Source: Zootoca vivipara (taxonomy: Eukaryota). From it: a stretch of 64,000 nucleotides of DNA. The position numbers and the translations under genes were made by a program. The stretch's first letter is position 1. The number at the start of each line of letters is the position of its first letter. The DNA is taken from the NCBI RefSeq assembly GCF_963506605.1, contig NC_083288.1:43958001-44022000 (forward strand), read 5' to 3'. Positions 12,044 to 24,000 of this stretch are shown in pieces. The notes beneath the pieces were generated by a model, which saw nothing but the letters and a program-made list of their open reading frames with translations, did not search any database and was not told the origin of the DNA.

Positions 12044-15000
12044 ATGCATAGAATCATGCTGCTGTTGCTTCTACTGCTCTTCCACATCATGGTGTGCCGA
12101 GTGCATGGTGCTAATTTTACCACAACTAATCCCATACCTATTCCACATGAGTGGTATGAGCCAGGTGACCCTGTCATTGGTGGGATTGCATCTCATATTA
12201 GCTACATCTTTCCCAATGTTTTATTCAATAAACACCCCTCTCAAGACATGATTGACAACCCAATGTAAGTAAATAGTCCTTAATATTATTTTATTCATTC
12301 TTTACTTTTTTATATTTGACTGAAATATACTTCGTTTTGAATGAGTAGTTTTAGAATTGTATTAATAAACTGTATTAATCAATTAATTAATTAACTGTAT
12401 TAATTTGAAAGATTTGATAGACTGTATGAGAAACATCTGTGCATACAAGCTACATCTAAACTCTCACTTGGACATTAGGAATCCTTAAGATTTAGTGATC
12501 CAATTCTGCAAAGACAAAATTGAGTAAGAGAAGGAGAGGGGGGGTGGCAAAAAACCAACACTCAAGCAGGCAAGTTTGCTGATGCAACCAATTTTTTCAG
12601 GGTGTTTAGAACAGAAATGGATTGTGAAGAGTGCCAAATGGATCTTTTGAAATGGGATGTTTGGGCAGTAAAATGACAAATGCAATCCAATGTGTGAAGT
12701 GATGTCCATTTGGGCAGAAAGGCCTTCATTTCACATACAAATCTGTAGCATTTGAACTGGTGATGATTGTCCACAAATGAGATACTGGGACAGTAATGGG
12801 TAGCTCATTGTTAAATAATGACTCAGTGTATAGAAGCTTTGCAGGTGGCAAATTCCCTGCTAGGAATCCTCACATAACCCTTAAGGAACTAAAAACAAAA
12901 CCACCCAAATCATGATGCTATTATACTAATTATGGAATATTCTGTACAGTTCTGTTCACCATTTCTAAAAAGATATATCGTACATCTTGAAATGGTTCAG
13001 AAAAAGCAGAAAAAAGTGATCAGATCAACTCGCCTATGAGAAAAGGTTACAGCATTTGGGACTTCTTGGTTCAGAGAAAGGTGAGCAAGAGGTGACATTA
13101 TATAGGTGTACAGTACCAGATTATGTATGGTGTGGTGAAAGTGGAAAAAGAAAAAAAATTGTCCTCTCTCATAATTCTTGAACTTGGGAAAATCCTATGA
13201 AGCTAAATGTGGAAAAATTCAAGACAAACAAAAGAACCTACTTATGCACACACTGAATAACTAAACAGTGGAATTTGCTCCCCCAAGAGGTAATGGAGAA
13301 TGCCCTGAACTTGCATAAGGACTGGCTGCTAAAATACAACAAAATAAACCTATAAATTGCACTAGGCAAAACTATTATTCCATGTCATGTATCATTATTA
13401 ATTGATTGCTTCCCCCCTGTTCAGAAAGGTCTTTGCAGCAAAACATAATGTTGTTCTTAGATACTCAGTTATTCATAAACGAAGTGTTGGTCTTCAAATT
13501 ATTTTCTACTTACTCTTGCTCAATTGCCATACGTTCTTCTATTAGCATTCTTTCAAGCACTCAGTGACTCATTCCCTTCCACATTTCTCTGATGAAAATA
13601 GGGACGTCCTATTCAATAACAGGAAGAATAATTTTACTATTTATTCCCCACCCAACTCATTGGGTTGCCACTCTGGGCGGCTTCCAACATATATTAAAAC
13701 ATAATATAACATTAAGCATTTATAAACTTGCCTATTCAGGGCTGTCTTCATATGGCTCAGGGGTCAGATAACTCCCTACCCTCCAACATTTCTCCAGTGA
13801 AAGTAGGGACATCTGAAGGAAAAATGGGACATTCCAGGATCTAATCATAAACCAGGATGGCTTCTCTTAATCAGGGGCGTCCCTGGAAAATAGGGAAACT
13901 TGGAGAGTCTAGAGGTGACTCCTCAGTATTTGCTGAAAGCTACATAGCAAAGTTGCCAGGTGCACTTTTTCTTGGAATTAGACTCTAGTTCCCATTTGCA
14001 GAGTGTGCGAAGTTGTTTCATCCTTTAATTAGTTCTCTTTTTTGTCCCATAAAGACTATGCCAAACTCTCTCTTTTAAAGTTTAAAGAGCCAATAACCTT
14101 TACTTTGTGTACTTGCAGTTGCAGATTAAATATATACAATGCTGGTAGGTGAGACTTAAATTGCCAAACCTTAGATAAAACTGTGATAAAAGATAAAACT
14201 TTTTAAGACAGCATCTTAAAAAGCAGAGACATCACCTTGCCTACAAAGGTCCGTATAGTTAAAGCTATGGTTTTCCCAGTAGTGATGTATGGAAGTGAGA
14301 GCTGGACCATAAAGAAGGCTGATCGCCGAAGAATTGATGCTTTTGAATTATGGTGCTGGAGGAGACTCTCGAGAGTCCCATGGACTGCAAGAAGATCAAA
14401 CCTATCCATTCTTAAGATCAGCCCTGAGTGCTCACTGGAAGGACAGATCGTGAAGCTGAGGCCCCAATACGTTGGCCACCTCATGAGAAGAGAAGAATCT
14501 TTGGAAAAGACCCTGATGTTGGGAAATATTGAGGGCACTAGGAGAAGGGGACAACAGAGGACGAGATGGTTGGACAGTGTTCTCGAAGCTACCAACATGA
14601 GTTTGACCAAACTGCGGGAGGCAGTGCAAAACGAGAGTGCCTGGCGTGCTATGGTCCATGGGGTCACGAAGAGTCGGACACAACTAAACGACTAAACAAC
14701 AACAACAGATAAAACTGTGACAGACTTAGCTAACTCTGAGGCAGAAAGAATCACAACAGTTCATAGCTGCTGCTCTAACTGTTAAGACTGTTCAATTAAG
14801 TGCCATAAATGTCAACTGTCATAACTGCCACAAAGTGTATGACATCACAGAGTTCTACAGCTCTTGAAATTAACCCTTTATACATATGCATTTTGGATGC
14901 TAACACCCCACACTTCTGAGGGGAAGATGGAGCAGAGAGTGCCCTAGATCTCATTTGACTTGCTATACTGTGATATGAAACACTGTGTGAATCTGAGTGA

Positions 15001-18000
15001 TATTGTCCCCAAAGTGCCACACTAAATTATTACAGCAGGCTGATGTCTGAGAAACGCTAACTTGGCCAGATGACAGATACCCATTCACTGCTCATAAAAG
15101 CTCTGCCGTATTGCTGTTTGTCAATGCAATAGTGGCAGAGAACTAAGCACTCTTTGCCACTGCCACTGCCATTGCCATGTGGTTGGTGTGCTAATGTTAC
15201 CTGACATGTGTTTGATCTGTTTCATACAGAAATTTACATCACCTGCGTTCTAGTCCTTGGCCCTCCTATTTCATTGCCCACATGTCATTTATCATGGCAG
15301 ACTAGCACTAGGGAGATACAGCTTCAAACCTCCATTGTCTACAACCTAGGGGGTGATGTGAGGATTCACAGGGAGTGAAAGCCAGCCTGTGTTTCCTTCA
15401 TGAAGTGTGGTAAGAATATTTTTTAAAATAAAATGGCGGTGTCCGATGCTTATTGGAAACAATCATAGGTGAGTTTAATGAATAATGTTTTCAAAGAGGT
15501 TTGTAAACATGGGATCAGAGCCTTTGAAAACCACCATTGCTAGCTCACAAGTAGGCATACTTGGTAGAAATACAATATGTGAAACTCTCCATTGCTGCAT
15601 CTTTATTCTCTCAAAAACCTTATACTTCGTATTGAAACCGGCAGCTGTCATCAGCTTTATTATCATTTAATACGTTTTTATTTCCAGAGAAAGCTACTAC
15701 CAAAGGGATATAGCAATAATTTCAAAAACTGGAGCATAGCCATATGGCACAGCACATGTTTCTAGATGAAACTGTATCGAGAGAAGCAACAACATGGTCA
15801 GAAATACAGAAGATGAACTGGAAGTGGGGGGGGATTCTGGCCCCTTCTGTATAGTTCTCTTCACAACTATGTGTTTGAGGAAATAAAACAAAAAAAGATT
15901 TGGACTAAAGAGCAATCCAAACATTCTAAAGGAACAAAACAAGGAATTAAACAACACCCATCTTTCCAATAAGGCTCACTTCATAACTAACTTTACTACC
16001 TTTGAATATAGCCCTTCTATATCCTAACAGTCTGAAAGTTGTATCTCTCAAATCTAGATTATGTGCACTATATCTTTGCCCATGAAATAATGCCACTTTA
16101 TTCACAGGGTGTTATCAAAGTCCTACCAGCACATCCTTGCCCTGGTGTTTGCGATTGATGAGGTCAATGAGAATCCCAAGCTCTTGCCCAATCTCACGCT
16201 AGGGTTCCACATCTATGACAGCTACTATGATGCTAAGATGACGTACCGCACCACTCTGGATCTGCTGTTTAACTCACATACCTTTGTCCCCAACTACAAA
16301 TGTGGCCCCCAGGAAAATGTAATAGGAGTCATTGGGGGACTGAGCTCTAAGGTCACCTTGTGCATGGCAGACATCTTGGGTCTTTACAAAATTCCACAGG
16401 TAGGCACATTCTGGATAAGAGAAAATTGAGATTTCACACCATAATTCACTCTTCAGCTCTCTTTCCAGTAGGCGTCTATGGATTCATAAATGTGGAGTGG
16501 TATAACAGGGACAAGTGAAAAGTACTGAAACGTGTTGTTATAGCATGGGGTCTCAAACAATGTGTATGGCAGGAACAAGGTTACTAAGGATGTGTGCTTA
16601 ATGCAGGTAAGGGAAGATTTGTTGAAAGGTGCCAGGTTGGTAAATGGTGTATCCAGATGGAATCATATAATATCCTTGGAACATATTATCAGTGGATCAT
16701 ATAAGATCAGGGCATGTTAACTGGAATGCGCTCCATAAGAAATGGGAAATTGAGCAAGATTGTGTTTGTATTTTTTATGTAACTGGAGGTGGGTATTTTC
16801 CAAAAAAAATCAGTAAATTTGGGATATGTGAGATACAGTAAATAGGTGTGCTTTGAATTCTTCCATCCATTTGGAATGGTTCTCTTTTTCCTTTTTCAGA
16901 TTTCATATGGTTCATTTGAAACATCCATGAATGATCACATTAAGTTCCCTTCCTTTTACCACATGGCGCCTAATGAAGCTCTTCAGTATCAGGGAATTAT
17001 CCAGTTACTTCGGCATTTTGGATGGAAATGGGTTGGGCTCATCATTCCAGCTAATGAAGCTGGAGAACATTTCTTGAATACCATTGAACCAATGTTTTTC
17101 AAAAATGGGATCTGTTCAGCATTCACAGAAAGAATTGAATACCATCTACGTTTCAATGGTAACATACTTGATATGGTGAGAGATTCAAGGATTTTGTCCC
17201 CAGCTTTCATAACAAGCAAAGCAAATGCAGTTGTTGTATATGGAGAAAGTGCATCTATTATATGGTTGTCAACTGCTCTAAATACAATAAAGATAACTCA
17301 GATCATATTTTCTGAGTCCAAAGAGAACTTGCCTGAAGGAAAAGTGTGGATTACCACAGCTCAAATTGATTTCATAGCATATGTTGATATACAAAGATTC
17401 TATGGTGCTATCTCCTTTGCAATTCATTCCAAGGAAATTCATGACTTCCGAAACTTTCTGCAGAATGTAAATCTTTCCTTGGCAGATGGAAATGGTTTTA
17501 TCACAGATTTCTGGGAACAAACATTCGGTTGTTCACTTGCACACTCCACAAAGTCAACAAACACAGCTAAGCGTTGTACCGGAGAGGAAATGCTAGAGAG
17601 CCTTCCTGCACCATATTTTGAAATGAGCATGACCAGCCACAGCTACAGTATCTATAATGCTGTCTATGCTTTGGCACACGCCTTACATAGGCACTCGGCT
17701 CGATCCAACCGCAGAAGAATGGAGGCTGCAGGCAGAAGATTTCCTCAGAATATAGAGCCTTGGAAGGTAGTGTTTGCTGTTAAAAGATTTTGGGTTACAA
17801 AGTTTTCACTATTGTGCATTGCCTCGATATTTTATGTGAGTTGGTATTTAGTTATAAATAAAAGAATGAAAAATTTTCAGTTACAGAAATAAACTTTAAG
17901 TTTAATAGATACAATATCAAAGATGGGAATTAGCATATATCTTAAAATGATACTAAACCAACTCTGGATGAGAGACTTTCATAAGCACCAGACTAGCAGC

Positions 18001-21000
18001 TACCTGAAGACTGAATAGCAAATCACGGAAAATATAACCAAATATGAATAAAAAAACAGAAAGCAACTATGAATCATAAAGCCACTGATTTTAAATGGTT
18101 TGTACTTTACAAACATAACATCCCAGAGATAAATGGAGATGTTTTTAAAAAGAAATTACATCAAAAAGTCTTATTGGATTTATAGGTTTGGTTCTCTAGC
18201 TCTTTCAGGCCTTAATCTTTCTATTGATTATAGTTCCTTTTTGTAATTCAGTTTTATGAATCTATATCTTATGGTATGAACAGGGCTGGCGCGTCCATTT
18301 AGGCGAACTTGGCAGTTGCCTAGGGTGCCAAAATGGAGGGGGCGCTAGCCAGCCTGCCGGGGGGGGGAAGCCTGCTCTTGCGAGAGGTGGCGGCGGGATG
18401 AGTGCCCCAAAAGGAACACTTTCGGGGCGCTGATCCTGTCGCCACCTCTCGCAGGGGCGGGCGGCCGCGTCTCCCTTCTCCCCGGCTCACTGTGGGGCGG
18501 GGGAAGGGAAAGCGGCCCAGACGGAGCCCTCCCTCGCCACCCGCTTGCTTTGGGGCGAGTGGCGAGGGAGGGCTCCATTTGGGCCACTTTCCCTTCCCCC
18601 CCCCCCCCGCCCCACAGTGAGCCGGGGAGAAGGGAGACGCGGCCGCCCGCCCCTGCGAGAGGTGGCGACAGGATCAGCGCCCCAAAAGCGCCGCTGCCTC
18701 TCACAAGAGCAGGCTTCCTCCCNNNNNNNNNNNNNNNNNNNNNNNNNNNNNNNNNNNNNNNNNNNNNNNNNNNNNNNNNNNNNNNNNNNNNNNNNNNNNN
18801 NNNNNNNNNNNNNNNNNNNNNNNNNNNNNNNNNNNNNNNNNNNNNNNNNNNNNNNNNNNNNNNNNNNNNNNNNNNNNNACCCCTCCTCCCTCCCTCCCAC
18901 TCTCTCTCTCTCTCTCTCTTTCCCTTTCACTCCCTTTCTTGGAGGCGCATCCAAGAATAACTAACTGCAGCTACTCAATTAATTTGTAGGGAGCTTAAAT
19001 ATTGCCATCCAGAGAGATTGTTCAAAACCTCTGGAAAATTGCTTCTAAAATGTCATGTAATACAGATCAGTAAAAAGATGCTTTTCATACTCATTTTAAC
19101 AATTTATCACCAGACTTATCACTTACAATGGAGTCTTCTGACCAAAGTTCTTTTACACACTTTTTGATTTGCACAAGTGATAAGTTAGAATAGTAATGGT
19201 GTGATTAAAATGAGACAGAAGTCATTTGATTTTGCAGAAAGTGACAGCAATACCTGCTTACAAAGAATTTGCTTCAACATATCCTACCTGATTTCTGTAA
19301 TGGAGACTTTTGAATGGCCTCCTCAAATCTAAAAGAAGATTCCTACTGAGTTGCAGGCTATGCTCCTTAAGCGGAACCTAAATTATTGGGAGGTTTTGTC
19401 ATAACATTAACTTTTTAAAACCCCTCAGTTGTCATTTCCCCTCTAGATATGATCCTTAGACCATCTTCCTCTTAGAGGGGAGATATTCATGGAGAAGCAA
19501 TTGCAAAGATTTTAATATGTCCCTAACAATTATGCAAGGACATGTTGTTGTTGTTGTTGTTGTTGTTTAGTCGTGTCCGACTCTTCGTGACCCCATGGAC
19601 CATAGCACACCAGGCACTCCTGTCTTGCACTGCCTCCCGCAGTTTGGTCAAACTCATGTTCGTAGCTTTGAGAACACTGTCCAACCATCTCGTCCTCTGT
19701 CGTCCCCTTCTCCTAGTGCCCTCCATCTTTCCCAACATCAGGGTCTTTTCCAGGGAGTCTTCTCTTCTCATGAGGTGGCCAAAGTATTAGAGCCTCAGCT
19801 TCACGATCTGTCCTTCCAGTGAGCACTCAGGGCTGATTTCCTGAAGAATGGATAGGTTTGCTCTTCTTGCAGTCCATGGGACTCTCAAGAGTCTCCTCCA
19901 GCACCATAATTCAAAAGCATCAATTCTTCGGCGATCAGCCTTCTTTATGCAAGGACATATCATCACACAATACAGTGGTACCTCAGTTTAAGTACACAAT
20001 TGGTTCCGGAATACTGTACTTAACTTGAAGCGTACTTAACCTGAAGTGAACTTTCCCATTGAAAGTAATGGAAAGTGGATTAATCCATTCCAGATGGGTC
20101 CGCGGAGTACTCAACCTGAAGCGTACTTAACCCGAAGTGTACTTAAACCAAGGCATGACTCTACTGATTAAAAAGTGAAATGGAAAGGGGGAATAAAAGA
20201 AGTCTCTTAACATGACAGCATGTAACTTTTCCTCCATATGTGGTGTGTGTGATATTATTTCTTTCATTTTCAGAAAACAAGAATGGTTCTGCGAATTCTA
20301 TACTTTGAATTAAAACTTTATAATCCCTAGTTATAAAGATCTTGAATCCATCTAGGAAAGCTATTGAACCATCTTAATCAGAATGTTATAATACTTCATA
20401 GACCTTTTGATTCTCTTTCCACCTAGCTCCACTCATTCCTACAGAAGATCTCATTCAACAACTCTGTTGGTGATGAAATTACATTAAATGAACGTGGAGA
20501 ATTAGCAGCTGGTTTTGATATTACAAATTTGATCACTTTCCCAAATATATCCTACATCAGGGTCAAAGTGGGAAGGCTGGATCATCAGGCCCCTCCAGGC
20601 AAAGAGCTCACCATGAATGATGGACAGATTAAATGGCACAGGGACTTGACTCAGGTAAGGAAATAAATATATCTAATACCAACATTCATGGTTATCCAAA
20701 TAAAATGGGATGCAATGAAAACAAGGAGGCGTTTTATCACTTAACACCTGATTAAATGTGAAGCTTCCTTGGATAGAAAAGTAGGCTTGGAGAGAGAAAT
20801 TTGCCAATTGTATTATTGACCTAAATCTGATCCTATAGTTTGTATTGCCTGCATTGTATAATTCTGACTGTGTGGCTTAGCCCCCCATATTCCGTGGATG
20901 CTTTTCTCCTTAAAATGCTATTCTCTTTGCCTCTCTATGTTAAAGTGTAATGAAAACATTCGACAGCAAGACAGGATGCCCTGCTAGCTATCAAGGCCGG

Positions 21001-24000
21001 ATAGCTGGCCTTGTCTGGAAGACAGAACGAGAGGCGTAGAGGGGATTATCAACAGATGACGCACTTCCAGCCTGATGCTGGAAGTTGCTAGCTTGATGCA
21101 CAAATTAACCTTACTGAAGGCTGAAGGCTTTGTTGAGTCAGCATGTGTTTATGAGAAGGACAGGACACAGGAAGATCCATATATGTATTTGTAACCTATG
21201 ACCCTCTTGCGTGCGCACTCTTACAGAGTGGATTCCTGAGGAGGGGGGAAAGGAGCCCAAGAAGTATATAAGAATCTTTGCAAATTTGTCTTTCTTTACT
21301 CTTGTCGTGAAGGTGATCACCAAGAGTCTCTCTATATAGAGATTAAACTCTTTCTCTGATTCAACCCTCGGTGTCGTTAATGACTGTCTCTGTCCCTGCC
21401 TGGGCGCAACTTAAGGACTCTTATTAAGCCAATCAGGCTACATTTCTGGTGCATTGGCCGGGAAGGAGGAGAGCTTCCCCCCCTTCTTTTTCTGGAGGGG
21501 GGGAAAGCTTACAGCGTTCCCCAGGCAAGGGACAAAGATCCGAGACATCGCACAGCAAGAATTTGCTACCGGTCGGGTGTCATCGGCCCCAGCACGCATC
21601 CTGCCTGTTCTGTTTTGTGGGAGGGGCCAACCACCCCCGGCCGTAAGCAGATGCCCCGTGGCGATGAGAGAAAGTGTCGTTATTGACTGTCTCTGTCCCT
21701 GCCTGGGCGCAACTTAAGGATCCTTATTAAGCCAATAAGGCTACAGGCTTTAATGAGAGGAAATTCGTATATATATGGATAGTATTTTAATGAAGAGAAT
21801 CTCTATTTGAACTATTGACTTTACTTGTGGAAACATGCTAGCATGTTAGTTTAAGCGATCCTACTTTTTGCCCAGATGATGTTAATCACAATTTGCTTTT
21901 TATATGATATTATATTGTATACTAGCTGGCCCCGGCCATGCATTGCTGTGGCTCATCCCTGTGACTCCTCCAACCCCTTCCCTACCCATGACCCATCCCG
22001 ACTCCGTCCTGCCCCCACCCCAACGCAGGCAAATCCCCACCTCCACTCCCTGCAAACCTGAGCTGAGGTATTTTGGAGAGGGAAGGGGACCGCAACACTG
22101 GGGCGGGGCTTGGTTTTCAGCACGGTGTCGGCAGTGTCGGTGAGGCGAGGCCTGTCTCTGACAGTGGGATGTGGGTGGCTAGGGGCAGGATCCTGGCATG
22201 GCCCTTTGTGGAGGAATGGCCATTGTGGCGGTTATAGCATATTGGTTCCTGACTTTACGATCTGCCCTACCCTGTGAGACGCAGCTTCTGGCTTCTATTT
22301 CCCAATATGCACTCTATTGCGCCCTTGGAGACGCAGCTTCTGGGTTCTATTTCCCAGCATGCACTTTTGTCTGAGTGGTGTGTTATGGAACAATGGGTTT
22401 GGGGGGTTTAACCTGGCACTCTTGTGATGCCTGTCTATGCAAACGGTATGTGGTCACTCGCTTATTCGGATGTGACGTTGTGTCCAAATTTGAACGCAAT
22501 CAGTCAAGCAGTTTTGGCGAAAAGTGGAGACAAACAAACATGGTTGGTTTACATTTATATATATATATAGGTGATCAGGAAATTGCCTTTCTATTTATTG
22601 TATATTGGTAAGCCAACAATGAGTAAACAATGCCCTTTAAAGAATACTGTAAGGTCTAACACTAAATAAATATATGAGGCACAATACAAAAAAGAGCAAC
22701 ATGCATAGAAGGCATCTCACATTGAGAAGGACCAATGGCTATCAGATACTGTTGTCAGACATTCTTGTTTTATGAAGTCCCAGAGACAGATCTCCAGTTT
22801 GTGGAATTTGCTACCAAGGAGTGTGGTAGAGTCTCCTTCTTTGGAGGTCTTTAAGCAGAGGCTTGACAGGCATATGTCAAGAATGCTTTGATGGTGTTTC
22901 CTGCTTGGCAGGGGGTTGGACTGGATGGCCCTTGTGGTCTCTTCCAACTCTATGATTCTATGATAGAATGCTAAGCTTGTCGCAGCATTGTTTGGGCTTA
23001 AAAGGAACATTATCATCTTCAGGAGTTTGTATGATGCTACGCATAGCTGCAGCTAGTGCATAAACCTAAGCTGGGCATAAAGAGCCTACCACAGAAGTCA
23101 CATGAGACCCTACTGATGAGATGGAATCTCAAAGTAGTTCCAGACTACAGTGGTACCTCTACTTATGAATTAATGCGTTCCGAACGCACATTTGTAAGTC
23201 GAATCCCATAGGAATGCATTGGGAGAAAAAATTCGTAAGTCAAAGCAACCCTATCTAAAAATTCGTAAGTAGAAAAAATCCTATCTAAACCACATCAAAG
23301 ATGGCGGGCAGAGCTCCGTTCGTAAGTAGAAACATTCGTAAGTAGAGTTATTCGTAAGTAGAGGTACCACTGTATAAACTTCTTCCTTCACAGTGAGTCC
23401 AATTGCTCCCAGAAGGGATCCTACACATAATTCTGACACACAGAAAGCACTCACCCAAAACACTTTGGACTTATAAGGATTCAGCCACCATCCTGTCCAA
23501 AAAACCTTCAGACACTTCACTGCTTCTCCTAATTCCTATCGAAAGCCAAGGTCATCAGTATACTTGCGACACTGTGCTCCAGATTACTGGAAGATGGCCC
23601 CTCTTCCATATAAATGTTGAATCACAAAGATGACAGAACCTGAAACCTTGTGGGCCAACACAGCCCAAAAGACATGGAACTAAGCAATACTCTCCTACTA
23701 TTACTTTCTAGTAACAACCCTGCAGGTAGGAGCGGAATCATTATACTATAGTACCTCAAATCCCCACATCCTTGAGTTGCACCATAAGGACACCAAATGA
23801 AATTCTTGAAGGAAACAACTGTGGTTCCTACAGCTGGCATAATCAGTTTATTGAATTCTAAAAAAGTTGTATGTATAGCTATGCCAAATATGTATACCCA
23901 AATCATATTGGGCTCGTATGGTGCTTAGCAACTGCTTTTTATCCCATTCTATGCATCACCTGTGCACATATGGAACATATGTTTCAAGTTATCGGTCCTC

